Program-made: the position numbers and the translations under genes
The notes under the pieces: model-generated
Databases searched by the model: none
Seen by the model: the letters and a program-made list of their open reading frames with translations, nothing else
What the model was told of the DNA's origin: nothing
Origin: Ramazzottius varieornatus
Taxonomy: Eukaryota; Animalia; Tardigrada
Length of the DNA: 64,000 nt
Assembly: GCA_001949185.1 (NCBI GenBank)
Contig: BDGG01000002.1
Location: 8,851,990-8,915,989 of the forward strand
Reading direction: 5' to 3'
In this document: positions 23,681 through 43,263 of the stretch, piece by piece
Layout of the letters: the number at the start of each line of letters is the position of its first letter
How positions within the stretch are numbered: the stretch's first letter is position 1

Positions 23681-24178
23681 TCTAGCTCTTTTTTTCCCTT
23701 TCGTTGTTACATCTTTCCCCGTGTGCAACAGTTTCTTTCTCGGCCAAAGCTTTTTGTATTGATCAGAATCTTTTTCGTTCTATCCACAATCGCATTTTTC
23801 TCTCAGTCTTTTTGATTTTCATTTCGGACTTACAGCAAGAAGAGCCTTTCGCTACGGGTACATGTAAAGTTGACACAGTATAATGAGAGCATAAATGCTC
23901 GCTACCTCCGGACTTCCGGGCCGGAGTTGGATACGTTGTGGTACTCGTACAGTATGACAACCGGCTATCAACTCTAGTGTCTACTTCTCCTGCGTAAGTT
24001 CCTTTTCTTATTGCAGTTTTCGGCCAACCGAAGGTTTTCGTACTTTAAGAGTTAAAAAATAAACATATACTGAGTACAGAGGATAAAAAGCACCAGCATC
24101 TATCTTCCTAGAGTTGCAGCGAAACTTGAATAAAACTAGATTGTCTCAAAGAACACAGCGCAGTTATATTCAGCAAGA

Positions 24179-27100
24179 TCAATCACTGAAAAATGCCACC
24201 CTCAAGTCAGGGTAATTCTCTACGGCTTGCCTCAGTACTTGGGCCTCTTGATCGAAAAGAAAGACGGCAGGTATAGTGATGGCTTTCAAGCCATGACTAT
24301 GCGGGTCGCCGGACATGGCAAAGGGCGGACCAGCTTTGAAGGAAGAGCCGGCCTTGTTGTCCAGCACCACCATGGCGATGGCTCCGGCTTCTTCCACCAC
24401 TCGGGCCTTGTCCGAAAACATGCAGCCACCCCGCATGACGACGGCCACCTTACCCTCTAGCTCTTCCAGACCTTGTGAGCCTACAACAAAATGATTACAT
24501 GGAGTCCTCACTTGGCAGGAATATTCTAAAGCTGTCGTCGTCAGGTCTGCTGTCAAATTTACCTCCGACGCAGCCTTCGACAGGTTCGCCAGCAAAAGCT
24601 AGCGTTCCTTCCACGCCGATCTCTTTGGTTAATGGTAGTCCGAATTGGGCCGGAGAGGCCTTTAGTGTGGTGTTGAAGCTGCCTTGGCGGGAAGAGAGGA
24701 GGACGTTGGCGGTCAGTAGCTGGTTGGGGGGCGCCCGGAAACTCTGGATCAGTTCCTGCATCAGGATCATACCTTCGGCCGCCAATCCCACACTTTTGGC
24801 CTTTGTGGCGTCTTGAGATAGAAGGATGTGGCCATTTTCACGACGTACCATCGATATACCCATTTCTGTCAGCAACAACACCTGAAATGATTTACAACAT
24901 ACCGAATTATAGATTATATTCCGTGGAACGGAAAGCCAGTGTTTTTCGGTTTTCACTTAAACATAATTTGAAAATTAAGATTGTTCCTGGTGACTGATGT
25001 CTTTCACACTCTAGAATTTTCTGGCGGATTGAATGGCCTTTTTTTTTATGTGGGTTTTGTTTGCTGTCTGGCTTTGATCTGCGTGGCCGAGACAAAAAAG
25101 GGAAAGCTTAACGGACCTGACAGCAGATATAGGCGGTCAGGAGAAGGAGGGGCACAAGGAAAGCACTCACATGCTCCGGATTGTCCCAGTTGACTTCGGC
25201 GGCCGCAATGGTCCGCGTACGGAACTTGGCTAGTTGCTGGATCAAGGTCTGCGACAGCGGGTTGATGGCGCCACTTTGCTGCGAACACTGCTCCAGCTGC
25301 ACCTCGCCATCCTCCGACGCCGTCAGCGAACTCATGTCTTTCAGCACAATTTCCGGCGACTTCCACAGTGACGAAAACGGCTGCTGGATATGCGAGTGTG
25401 GACAGGAAGACAGCGGTACATCTTCTTGCAACAACATCTTCAAAAGACAAGAAAGTGAAAATTACTTACTTTCCACTTCCACCCTTCTGCTGCCACTGCA
25501 TGCAAAACTCAATTGACCATTTTTCTGCCAAAATATTGGAAAGGTAGTCAAATAAGGCTGTCAAGCCTTTTTCCTCAAAGATTTTGACCAAGAGCTGGCA
25601 GAGATTTATGGCGTGATACGAGACGAGGGCGGTACCTGAAAGCTATGTCTGGTGGAAGCCGTTAGATTCTTGCGGGCCAAGTGGAGAGGCAACAAGTGGG
25701 CTTCCGTCGTAAAGACATAGTCGTGCAGGTCGACCAGCAAGTCGGCGGGTTCGCTGAACAAGAGATAGAGATACTTGAGTGTTTCGGCCAAGAAGAAAGA
25801 GTCCATGCGGTCGTCGTGCAAGCCGGAGCCTGTATCCTTCAGGGCAGCGTATCCACAGGCCACCCGCGAGTACTGCTCCAGACTGCTCACCAGCTCCTTG
25901 CCCACGTTGAGGTAGAAGGAATCCTTGGTGGCCGTGTACAGAAAGTAGGCCGACTCAATGTACTCCGGCCGAAGGTACGACTCCGACCAGTACATACGCA
26001 GGTCAGGCTCAGGAGTGAAGGCTTCCGGCAAAAAGTTGTATCGCTGCACCACTTTATACAGAAGCTGACAACGACAGAATAAGCTTTATGGCACTAAAAT
26101 TTGTATCTCGAAAGGTCGGTAAAGAACCCTAGCGCACTTTGCATGCACCCCAATGCAGCTGTACGTAAGTAGGTGACGCCGAGTTGCCCACTTTGCGCCA
26201 CCTACCTGCATACAGGCATTTCTCTTTGAATAAAGTTGATCAACTCGTACTTTGAAGGACTCTTTGGCCAGTTCGACATCACCATAGAGGACCTGGAGGC
26301 CTGGGAAGAAGGCGATAAGGGCATCGAGGTAGGCTTTGGAGGTGAAAGCTGGCTGGTGCATGTGCACGTCCATCATGCGCGAGCCTTTCAGGACGTACTT
26401 CATCAGCGCTTCGTAATGCCGATGGAAGCGGTGGAGGTAGGTTTCATCACCAAGGAGAATATATGACTTGAGAACATACTCGTAGTACGAGTCGGAGCCG
26501 GCACCTATGCCACTTTCCCTGCGGATCCAGTCACCGCTGTCGACGTCGATGATATGGCCCACTAAGCCCGAGCTACTATGTCGTCTGCTCCAGATGTAAT
26601 CCATGGCTAGACGCGACTTCTGCTCAAAGATCGGATCCCCCGTTAACCTGCTTAAGGCGGCGAACTCTGCAAAAACCCAAAGGGCAACCTTCAATTTGTG
26701 TGTCGGAAGTCACATATTGTAATGTATTTTAGTACCTAAGATCATAGTTCCAGCGCACGCTGCGCACGTATGTCGTTGTTTGTCCAGCCCGTTATTCAGT
26801 CCAAACTTGAGGTTAACCCTGGGGTAAGGCACACCGGTGCTGGAAGAGAAGGCTTCGAGCAGGACATGTCCCAGATCCTTGGATAGATCCAGCAGTTCGT
26901 TCTGATACCACAGCATTTCACCGCGTTTCCGCTGCACTTCGACGGCCAGGACGTGGGCTGCCAGCAGTCCACCCAGCATGCGAATGTTCGTCTCGAAGAC
27001 CGAAACAACAATGTCTTTATCGAAGTGTACGGTATCGATCACCAGGCGAACGGCACGTTCAAACTCGGCAAACTCGTTGAGCAAAACCAGGGTATCCAGT

Positions 27101-27673
27101 GTATCGACTAACGTTAGGGAGTAATTCCCCATCGCGTCGTCCACATCTCCTCGCCCGATCCCCTGACTTCTGAAGCGTCCCTTACAACTCAGCGGCATCT
27201 AGAAAAAGGCCAAGTTGTATACATAGTCGCGCTCCACAACTTCGTCCATCGACAAAACCAGAACGGAAAATCCTCATCGCGCAGATATGCTTTCCACCAT
27301 CGAAAATGACGATGATTGTGGTTGGCTGTTCAAAATGCGCATGCACCAATCGTGCTGACGTCACGAGACAGTCTGGATGGAAGTACACTAAGAAATACAC
27401 ACGAACAGTGCACCATTCGTGCATGACTCTCGCCCCGCCTCTTGCCGGTGCACTTACCAATTCATCAGCCGGAAATGCATGGTCCATATAGCTATGATAT
27501 CCATGCAGGAACATATTTTTGACTTGGTCGCGCAGCTGTCGCTTTTCCCGGGTCGACATGGCAGGAACATGACTGGCTGTCGTGGGAGAAACAATTCCAT
27601 AGTATATCAGAGCTACAAGTAGGATCCATATTCCGTCCTTCCGTCGAGGCGTCCATGCTGGCACTGGCAGCAT
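24179..27673 (-). CDS. EDEM3: ER degradation-enhancing alpha-mannosidase-like protein 3 (GH47 + PA domain)
   Basis: Signal/TM segment; MFLHGYHSYMDHAFPADEL; VSVFETNIRMLGGLL; GIGAGSDSYYEY; YLRPEYIES; DRMDSFFLAETLKYLYLLF; FTTEAH; C-terminal PA domain GKVAVVMRGGCMFSDKAR. Confidence 0.93.
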
Positions 27674-28101
27674 AATAAAAATCACAGAAAAGCTTGATAT
27701 ACAGCTCGCGGTGCGCTCCTTCGCCTCTTCGTCCCGACCATCACATCATGTCATCGACCTAAAGAGTAAGATCCCATGTTAGTGCGAAAAACGCTACGGA
27801 AACGTGGTAAGAAACTAAAGCAAAGTTCAGAAAAGATAATCTTACATGAAAACTCAACACAAAAACTTTTATTCAATTATTTTAATGAACTTTCGTAGTG
27901 GGCGGTTCCGCCGTTCCGGGAAACGACGGCTGAAACCACGAGCTCCGCTTGATTGACTGATTCGCGGTATGATGTGATTGCCAGCACAAGCTGAGCCATC
28001 GCGCGGGTTGATCAGGGCGGACAAAACGGAATGATGATCGATAAAAGTTGACAGGACAGTTGCGTAATTTTCCCCATCACCGAAGACCGGTTTGTATGGT
28101 G

Positions 28102-28151
28102 NNNNNNNNNNNNNNNNNNNNNNNNNNNNNNNNNNNNNNNNNNNNNNNNNN
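28102..28151. other. Assembly gap (50 N)
   Basis: Run of N; the true distance between the flanks is unknown. Confidence 1.
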
Positions 28152-28474
28152 TTTCCCCGCGCGTACACCCGCGGTGAAACTCTTGTCATAGTCCGCGGGT
28201 GGATGCGCGGAAAAAGTATTTCACCGCGCATGGAGTTTCTTCGCGCATGCACCCGTGGTAAAAGTACTGTGGACTTTTGAATCGCCCGGCTCACCATAGG
28301 TTTGCTTCCTTACCTTGGTCCACTTGTTTTACTTGAGATGATTTGTTCACACTAGAAGTTTGTACTTGCAGACCTTCCCTTCCATGTTCTTACAGATACG
28401 GCGGGCTAATCTTTCCATGAGAGGATAGGGACTACGGGGACGGGACAAGATCTTGCACCGGAAGTGCAGAGAGA

Positions 28475-33269
<4,795 letters not shown>

Positions 33270-33826
33270 TGACTCCTCAATGTGATATCAAACTAGAATT
33301 TTTCTCTTGGTCGTTATTTATCGGCTTCTTAACATGACTCTGTCTGATTTTTGAACCTTTTACCCGGCTGCTGGCTTTGCGGTACGATGTTTTGTTGTTG
33401 AGCGGTGAGTTTGTTGGTCGTGTGAGTTGATAGTAATTTTGGATTTCACTTTGCTGTTTTGTGATATAAAAAGCTTCCTCGCCAAAGCCAGACGAAAAGA
33501 AAATATAAATGAAAAAGCCGACTTGTAAGATGTAATTACGAAGGATAGCGCAGGTAATTGTTAACTGGTTCAAATATCCCTTGTGGATATTCGCGGCTTA
33601 GCGAACCGTGCATAACTTTGAGCGAGGCTGAATCACCGGCTTTTCCATACTTTCCTGTGCCGTTTTGTTACTTTGGCGTTCTGCCCCCAAGCTTCATTAC
33701 GCAGTATGCACTAGTTTCTGTCTTTTTCTGTCAAGTGATGTTTCCTACCGACCTGTTTTGCTGTGTGCAAGTGCCGAGCCTGTCGACACTGCAGCTAGAT
33801 GGTCTGCTGGTAGAGTCCCCCGTTTG

Positions 33827-36800
33827 ATGATGTCTCTGTCCCGTGGGAGAGACTTCTTCAAGGGACTGTCGCGGACACCCAAAGGTGGATATGACGTACT
33901 GATTAATATTCCCTCCCGCGATGTCGCTGTACCGGCTGACGAGCTATGCACCTTGCTGAAAGCGCCAGGGCCGGAGGTCCGTCCCATAATCGAAGAGGAT
34001 TATGGCTCCGTCCTGCATCTTTGTGCACAACTGCAAACTTCCCCAATTGATGGTAAGATTACCTTCAACCACACACCGGCCTTTTGACCATTGACATTAG
34101 TTGAATTGGGCCTCGGGCCTATGACGACACACCGCCATATTAGTCCTACAAAATTCTGGCCAGAAACCTCGGCACAGGTTGGGGAGTACAGTAGGCCTTA
34201 ATTTGCTATAAGCACTGCTTTTTGATGGTCTTTAGGGATCCCAGCCGATGCCGATGACGTATCTGGTCGGGCGCGGCTGTACGGAGCCAATGTTATTCCT
34301 GTTCAGAAACCAAAGACTTTCCTCAAGTTGGTGGGGGTAGCGCTGAAGGAACCGACATTAATCATCTTGGAGATTGCCGCAGTCTTATCGCTGTGCGTAG
34401 GAATATGGAGCACAGTTCGTGGGGAGGAGGGGGCCAGCGACTGGATCGAGGGTGTGGCGATCGTTGTAGGTGTTGCCGTCATCGTGCTGGTCAGTGCGGC
34501 CACCGACTACAGCAAGGAACGGCAGTTTCAGGCGCTGCAGAGCAAAGTCAACGAGGAACACCTCATTGCCGTTATCCGCAATGGCCTGGCTGTCTCCATC
34601 CCGGTCCAGCACCTTTTGGTCGGTGATGTCTGCCAACTGAAATACGGTACGGGGACACGAGGACGAACTTGCCTTAATTGCTAGTGGTACGTGCGGGCCA
34701 AGATTTACCTTCTGTTTGCAGGAGACATTATACCGGCTGATGGCATCGTCCTGCAGAGTCAGGAGCTCGTCCTCGACGAAAGTTCCTTGACGGGAGAATC
34801 TGATCCCGCACGCAAGGATGTCAGTCACGACATTAAGTTGCTGTCCGGTAGGTGTTCTGGCTTGTTGATGAAGACTGGTGTGAATAAGTGAATCACCCAT
34901 AATTATATCGGCTGTAGGGACGCATGTGGTGGAGGGCTCGGGTAAGATGTTGGTACTGGCTGTGGGCCTCAACTCGCAGACGGGCCGCATCTACAGAATG
35001 CTGGGCCTGGTCAAAGAGAAGAAGAAGGAAGGGGAGAAGCAGCCAAAGAGCAAGGGCGACCTTTCAAGAGGGATGGCTACACTGTACGGTAGCATCGGCC
35101 CCGTGGCACCACTGCAAGATAGTGGGGAGGGAGCGCCGCATTCCTCCAACGAAGACTTGACCATCCAGTCCAGAGACTCTGACGATATCGAGCGCAAACA
35201 GACCAACCATTCTGTCTTCCAAGAAAAGCTCAACGTCATGGCCTATCGAATCGGCTTGCTCGGTACCATCAAAGTTCAATGAGGACTTTTCTTCCTTACA
35301 GTCAATCTTCTCTATTGTAGTTCGTTTAATGCCTTGGATGGATTTGCAGGCTTTGTATGCGCGTCGGCCACTTCGCTCATCATCATTGTACGCTTCTGTG
35401 CAAACAACTACGGAATCCTGAAGCAGCCTTGGCGAACGACGGACATCTCCATCATGATGGACGCTATCGTGGTGGGCATTACCATCCTGGTCAGCGCCAT
35501 CCCTGAAGGACTGCCCCTGGCGGTCACTCTCACACTGGCTTTTTGTGCAAAGGTTAGGCCTAGCCTCTTGGGGATAAGTTTTATAAAATGGCCCGAATCG
35601 ATTTATAAAAAAATATAAAAAATATAAAAGATTTAAAAAGTTTTATATATAAAGTAGAACATTTATAAAATATAAGAGATTAATTAAATATAAAAATATC
35701 AAAATACAAATTGTAAAATGGCCCGAAGTGAGCGGACAGAAGGGTGAGACCTTGCAGAAAATGATGGCCGACAAGAATTTGGTACGGCATTTGTACGCTT
35801 GCGAAACGATGGGATGTGCCACCACCATCTGTTCGGACAAGACGGGGACGCTGACCACCAACCGCATGACCGTCACCCAGTGCTGGCTGGGCGGTGACAT
35901 CTTCTCGCCACCATTCCAGGCCAGAGTTGAGGACGACTTGCTGTGCGATGCCATCGCCATCAACAGCAGCTACACCTCGGAGATTATACCCTCCAGCCAG
36001 GGAGGCATGGCTGAGCAACGGGGCAACAAGACCGAGTGCGCCTTGTTGCAGTACCTGGCCTCCATTGGCCGCTACTATCGCGCCATTCGAGCCGCTCATC
36101 CCGAAGAGTCCTTCGCTAAGGTTTACACCTTCAACTCGTCCCGCAAGTCCATGACCACTGTCATTGCCATCCCTGGAGGATGGAGAGTTTTCTGTAAGGG
36201 CGCCGCTGAGATTGTCTTGGCTAAATGCAGCAGTATCCGAGATGAAGGCGGTCATGTAGCCGACTTGTCGACGGAGGAGGCAGAGAGGATAGTCGAGCGT
36301 GTCATTAACCAGATGGCCGACAATGGTCTGCGGACCATTTGTGTAGCCTACAAGGACATTATGGGACAAAGTGAGCCAAACTTCGCCGATGAGGCAACGG
36401 TCGGTTCCTGCTCATTTGTGCCGCACTTGACTGGCCGTTGGCAGCGAGTCTGTTGCGTTTGCAGGTTACCGCTGGGCTGTGTTCTTTGGCCATCTTTGGC
36501 ATCGAAGATCCCGTCCGTCCCGAAGTCCCCCAGGCCATTTGGCAGTGCCAACAGGCAGGCGTCACTGTCCGCATCATCACCGGCGACAACGTCAACACCG
36601 CACGCAGTATCGCACGCAAGTGCGGTATTCTACCCCGACAATACGATGACGTCCATAGGGACAAGGATATGGTCATGGACAGCCGCAAGTTCAACCGCTT
36701 TATTACCGACGACAGCGGCAAGGTAGCCTAACTAATGCCAGCCCCATTTCTTCACCTCACAGACCAATATTCGTTATATCCATCATTCTTCTGGTAGATC

Positions 36801-38085
36801 AGACAGGACAAGCTGGATTTGATTTGGCCCAGGTTGCGAGTTCTGGCCCGTTCGACGCCCAAAGACAAGTTCACATTGGTGGAGGGTATCATCAACAGCA
36901 AAGTCTCCAAGCATCGTGAAGTGGTGGCCGTTACCGGCGACGGTACCAATGACGCGCCCGCGCTGAAGAAAGCCGACGGTAGGTCGATTCTCTCCAGACT
37001 GTTAACGAGATTGAGGAGCACAAAACGACAGGGATATTTTTGGCAGTGGGTTTTGCCATGGGTATGGCGGGGACGGACGTGGCCAAAGAAGCCTCGGACA
37101 TTATCATCACCGACGACAACTTTAGCAGCATCGTCAAGGCCATCATGTGGGGACGAAATATCTACGACAACGTGGCCAAGTTCCTGCAGTTTCAACTGAC
37201 GGTCAATGTGGCCGCCCTCAGTGTCGCCATCATCGCCGCTTGCAGTATCGGGGTGAGTTGTCCACACAAGAAAACGTCTGTGTTTGATATTAGGGGAAGG
37301 AGCAGTGCTTGTCGCTGTAGGATACACCATTGAAGGCCGTGCCCATGTTGTGGGTCAACATGATTCAGGACACACTGGGCTCTCTGGCGCTGGCCACCGA
37401 ACCGCCCGGTCAAGCGTTACTTGAACGCAAACCTTACGGTCGCAACAAGCGCTTGATCTCCTCGATCATGGCCCGCAATATCGTGGGACAGGGCGTTTAC
37501 CAGTCGGTTGTGCTATTGTGCCTCCTCTTTGCCGGTGAGGTCTTCGTCAGATATTAGAGCCATTGATTATGCAGTTCTAGAAAGAAAGAAATAAGGCAGA
37601 GCAAGTCAAGACTAAAGGTTGTCTATATGGCAGGTCCAAGGTACTTTAACGTGTACGAGGAGCGAATAGTGGGGCAGGTCAACGGGGAAGTTCCTAGTCA
37701 GATGTACACTCTAGTTTTCAACGCACTGGTGCTGATGACGTCCTTCAATTTGATCAACTCGCGTTGCATCCACAACGAAGCCAATGTCTTCCAGGGTCTC
37801 TTGACAAACTGGTACTTCCCGCTCTTATGGCTGTCTATGGTCATTATCCAGGTACTGTCTGTCAAATTTCAGCCTTTGTTGGTGAAGAACATCAAGCATT
37901 GACGTTGCTTCCTTCCGTAGGTGATCATTGTGCAGGTGGGCGGCGTGGCCTTCTCCACCGCCCCCTTAACGGCCAAAATGTGGGGCGTCAGTCTGCTCTT
38001 CGGAGTGGGCTCCTTGGCGTGGTACCAGCTACTGCGAGTCATTCCCATGCGATGGCCATGGGCCAAGTCCGATAGAAGAGAGTAA
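33827..38085 (+). CDS. P2B (PMCA-type) Ca2+-ATPase, tandem copy B, C-terminally short
   Basis: Same motif set and nearly the same exon structure as copy A; ends ...[15 protein letters not shown] (an alternative splice at 38081 would add only a few residues). Confidence 0.9.
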
Positions 38086-39054
38086 TCTCCTCCCTACATT
38101 TTGCCGGCATTTTTGTTTCAATGTGATACGGATACCTTTGGTACAGGTACCTGCCCTGAATGTGGCCATGGACAGAAATGTAAGCCACGGAGCGAAGGCG
38201 GCGCGGGCCAGCACAAGTCGACCAAGCAACTAAAATCAATCGGAGCAGCACCGCTTTCCCTCCGCGGCCAACATTCTTGTCCATGCCCACATTTAAGCCA
38301 GCTGCTTGTACTTTCTGATTCCTCCTTCCGTTATGTGTGCCTGCCCGTTGGAAGTTTCTGCATTTTTTCAACATTTCCATACAATGTTTCATTCTTACAA
38401 TATTCAGACAAGGATACAGTACAATACGTTCGGATGCTATTAGATAAATACATAGTATGACGCATATGTGGTGATCCCGCTGATCCGCTGAAAACTACTG
38501 AAAGACCGATCGGTGGAATAATTTATCGTTACGCTTTTAGCGTCGTTACACATTGCGAAAGGTTTTACTGATGCAGTTTAGTATGGTGCGATTCGTACTG
38601 TACACGTACAATGAGAAGTTACTTTGTAATTTTCCATTTTACCGTCCTTTCCGCCTGTCGCGTAATTTACGTGTGGACCTAAGGAAACATAGCGAGCATT
38701 AACCCACCTTCTTGTATCGTCGCAGCTCACCGTAGAGAACCAGTGGTGACCGTGGGGGAACGGTGGACGATCGGGGTAAGGCCTGCAGGATCAATGGATA
38801 TGGTGGAGGATCAGAGGAGGCCATGGAAGATCAGTGAAGGATCAGCTAAGGCGCTGGAGGATTGTGGGATAGAATATGCAGTGATCTTTCTCTCCTCTGT
38901 CCTGGAAAAAGACCTTGCACGCCTTCGAAAAGACGACCAGCGTTTTCCGATCCATCTCCATCCCCATTTCCCTTCGCCTTAGGACTCTGACCGGTCCCCT
39001 ATTCCTTCCTTCGATTCCTTCCTTCCGCATTACCCTAACGGGATTGTGCATATA

Positions 39055-39394
39055 CGAGGTAAACGACATAATTCGGGCATATCGATTTTCGCACCATAAT
39101 TCGGGCGACGCGAAAAGTTCGAAGATTATCGTCAACGCTTGATTTATCTCTCATCGTAAGCCTGTTGATACAACATTAGGCTTTTTAACATTGGACAGAC
39201 CCATCTCTCACCCAGGCCAAATTCCCGTAATCCACAACGCCTTGTCGTCCTCAAACGTATCGAAACCTCAAGGAGACGGATCAATCTACCTCAGGAAATA
39301 AGAAGCAGTTCATTACGCGCAGCAGGCGCTGAGTAAAAATATGCCCAAATTATGGTGCGAAAACCGTTATGCCCGAATTATGTCGTTTGCCTCG
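39055..39394. mobile_element. 340-bp mariner-like MITE, copy 2
   Basis: CGAGGTAAACGACATAATTCGGGCAT ... ATGCCCGAATTATGTCGTTTGCCTCG; colinear with and the same length as 11145-11484. Confidence 0.85.
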
Positions 39395-39635
39395 CACTGT
39401 AGTGTGCGGAAAGGACAATTCAGATGTGGTCTGTTCAAGGCTGGTTCAATTTTCGGTAGTTGACAATGCACCTCTTGACAATGCAAACTGGCCGATAAAT
39501 CTCTTCCGGTTACATATCCTCAAAACGGAAATAACTCAAGATTCAGTGAGGAAAGCCCTCTCTAGAAAGGATGGAGTCGCCCCTTCCTCAAAAGGTCATA
39601 TGCATTTGGATATATAATCGATAGAACAAAGCCCG

Positions 39636-40830
39636 TCAGAGAGCATCAAAGTTAAATCTGGTGGAGGGAGCCAGGCTGGAGTGCCGGGAATGGCGGTCAG
39701 GTCGATAGATCTTTGAGACGGAGGAGGCTGGCGTCTTATACAGATGATTGCAGGTATGACAGCGCATGCGGCTTACTTGCTCTTCGTACTCCCACGACGA
39801 GTTTTGCAGTAGGCAACAGAAGACCGTCACCACAACCAAGATCAGGCCAAGGAAGCCCGTAAGCCAAGCTGCAGCCACAAGAGGATAATCACATTGAGGT
39901 CTCATTTAACCCGATTAACCTTCCGGAGATTAAGCTATAAATGGGATAACCTGATATCACAACGATGATGCTGGATGTCTTTTCGTACAGCTCCACTAAT
40001 GCATCAACACACCCGCCAACCGCAGAAAATTCGTCGGTCCTGTTACAGGATGCAGGAATTTTCTACAAAAAACACAAAAAGCCAATTTCATGTTGGCATT
40101 AAATTTGCACATTTCAGCCTGACAGAATCAGCAACCGATTACATGGGTACATAACGAAGTTTTCGGAGTTTTGACACGTTGCGCTACCGACGGGACTATA
40201 TAAGCATTTCACAAGAGGACGAAAAGGATCCGGAAGTGGGATCTTACCGAGAATGAGGTGAAATTCCAGTCCAGCGCTTTCTCGGCGCCGCAACACTGAC
40301 GTTCGGCCTGGATCTGGTCCAGCAGCTTGTCCCTGGAAGGAGTCAGTCTGCACTTTACCATTTGGCTTGTATTTACGTATTATGGTGTTGTGTTGATCGA
40401 TGAGCCTGACGAAGACGTACCCGCCGCTTTGCTGACCAAAGGGCGTTCCATAGTGGCGCATATAGTTTGAAATGACAGCTGTCAGCTTTGGCTTGAGGGT
40501 TCTGAGCTTCAAGTGGGTGAAAACGGCGGTGCCGCCATACAATAAGACAACCAGGAACAAGATGGTGAAAGACAATTTCATCAGCTTCAAGGACTGCTTC
40601 CTCAGTCCCAGCAGCCCAAGGAGCGAGGTGGCGACCAGCAGCAGGCTAGTGGCTAGCAGCGCGCACAGACTGGCGTAAGCGTAAGGTCCCTTCAGAGCTG
40701 CCGCCAAGCCGACAATGCACAGTGCGCTGCAGACCACTCCGGTCAGCAGCGAGACGGCACATAAGGCCACCGACAGACGGCGCAGATGGCGGAATTGCCG
40801 TCTCTGCAACTCCAACGACGTGCCTTCCAT
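39636..40830 (-). CDS. Tetraspanin family protein
   Basis: Three TM helices in exon 1; large extracellular loop LLDQIQAERQCCGAEKALDW...IPASC...GGC (CCG and PxSC motifs); fourth TM helix followed by FCC in the last exon. Confidence 0.85.
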
Positions 40831-43263
40831 TACAAGAAGACAAGACGACGCTTCCCATCAATCCGCAAGTGTCATGACGAAAAGCAATTCCCAGGGAAAT
40901 CTGCAAAATTGATAGCTCGTTATACAGCCGAACGGCGCGCAACTTCATTGGGGCAACGCGACAAGAATACCTTTGAAAAATTTGGTCATCTACAACATTC
41001 CAAACGGTTTACTGTACTATGTCTCCTATCAGACAGCAGACAGAAATGTATATGAAATTGACGTCTAACGTACAGTAGGGTATATGATGCAAGGGGAATA
41101 GAAACACGGAAGGTGCTGATATCAGTGATATATATGTAGCGGAAGATTTTCAATCAAAAAAACCGTGGGTGTCATCATTAAGCACTATTGTTGCAGAACC
41201 TGTTTGCGTCAGTTTAGTATTTAAAAGGAACCATCGCTGCAATTACCAGTTATCCGTACACGGACGATGAGATATTATGAGACGGTAAAAATTATGGGAC
41301 CAGGCGGAAAGGACGGCAAAATGGAAATTCAAACGTAGAAAAGTGTCGAAAGATATCTTAATGTGGATTGGTCGCGTAAGTGCTTCCGTACCGCCGTAGC
41401 GAAAAAGCCTGTCCCATTATTTCCCATCGTACGTGTACTGGGGACGTGTGACACAGTCCATGATTTCATACGGATTGACTTCGTATCAATGCAGAATCAG
41501 CGATCAACAGCGCAGAGCTTGTCAACTAATAAGCGCGATGGCCGGAGGTAGCAGTCAGTCTGTATATTCTTCTTCCATAATAATACAGTATGTATACGGC
41601 GTAGCGGGTGCCTGCAGAGTGATAGGAAGATGGCCGCTCTAATGAGCTGCTCCTCTATCCACAGCACGGTACGTGGCAATTATGGGCAACCATTGTATGC
41701 ATCGCCCGTTTCTGACGTCGACGTCCGTTCCCCATGCGTGACACTGCACTGGGGAGCACAGATAGCAAAATGCACTACATGAATCACATGACCAACATCT
41801 GCATGCATTCATAGTAGAGGCGTGCACAGACCGAACTACCGATCATATAACGTCTAGATAGCATCACAGTTACTTTGGAGCACTACGTGCTTGATCTAAA
41901 AATAATAGCGTTTCGGAATGTACTGGAACGTTCATAAGCATGGCTGCATGTTGTCAGAAGAAAAATTTTGGTCAATATTTCGAAATTAATGGCTCGTTAA
42001 TCAAAGATGCAAACTGTCCAGCGTAATATGCCAATGAGTTCCACGAAGAGTCGCTTGCCACGACGAACTCAGAATACGCTGATTCGCCCACTCCGAGACT
42101 CCATGAATTATATCTGTAACTGCCAACAACGTGCAAGGTGGCAGGGTCTGCAACAGATGTTGTGAGACTCAAGACCAGTGGCGCCACTCGGCTTCCCCAT
42201 GCATACCGCTACAAAGAAAAATTCAGATTGCAGCTTTTCGCTTATTCTTCCACATATTTTCACACAAATTTTCAAGCAGTTTCGACCGCGCTTTGACTCG
42301 TCTAAACACCCCTAAATATTCGACTGGAATGACTTTCGGTGGGGAAGACATGTCGCAGCGAGTGAAATGCAGTCTGCAGAATTCCATCATTGAGTAGCGA
42401 TCCCCAATATGCGTTAATCAGACCTACAACTATCCGAGCGTTTAAGCCACTTACATTCGTAAAGTGGTAACAGGATGGACCGATTACAAGCAGAGAAAAA
42501 ACAAGGATCGACAGCGCTGTGAGGCACAAACAGAAAACAACTCGAAAGGACAAAGTTGGTGGGTATTTTCCGGCCATTTCATATTGCACCGGCATCTTTG
42601 GCTACTGTAGTTTGGTAAATCAGAGGTTTGACGCCTCTCCCTGATAGAATGTGGATGGGCGTGAAAAAATGTGATTATCACATCGGACATGACCGCCTAT
42701 TCAATGAGCGGTTAAGAACCGCGAATCTTGTTAGCCGGATTTAGCACTTGTTCCTCAGATGCAACAGCTGCATAAATAAATTTGAATATCTTTATTCATT
42801 GGATTGTAGCTAGTTTTCCTCCCTTCGGTTATGTTTTCTGGTTAACAGAATCATTATTAACGAGTTCTCGAATATTTATCATCAGGTCTCGTAAATCCAA
42901 CATGATGGCCCATGTGTCCGAACGGCCCGTGACCAGATTATCGGGACGTCACATACTGGCATCGTTGACCAAGATATCGACCATGCTCCTGTAATTTCTC
43001 CATATGCCGGAACACAGTTATTATTGGCTTTTCATTTAGCAGGTCACATCGGATGGCGGTGAGCGTTCCCTCTGTTGCGCTCTGGGCCACCTTTTCGCCA
43101 GGCTTCCCCATCTCGCCATAAGAGCTAAGGCTTCTGCGATGGCATATGCTAATAACTAGATGATGCTGCAGTAACTATTAAATGCCCTTCTGCCTCGCCA
43201 ACGCTCCATGTCGTCAAAATGGCTTCCTGAACTGCACTAGATAGAAGAAGGAATTTACATGTA

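Noticed and set aside
28152-28270. CGCG-rich imperfect repeats beside the N gap
   Set aside because: Truncated by the gap, so termini and target duplication cannot be determined; not CRISPR-like (no repeat-spacer periodicity).
35553-35757. Very AT-rich stretch flanked by AAAATGGCCCGAA direct repeats in a PMCA copy B intron
   Set aside because: Probably a small insertion or low-complexity expansion; no TIRs or coding signal to classify it.
41972-43210. Hydrophobic minus-strand ORF pieces suggesting a membrane receptor
   Set aside because: No recognisable motif, and I could not build a consistent exon chain; it may be a decayed gene.
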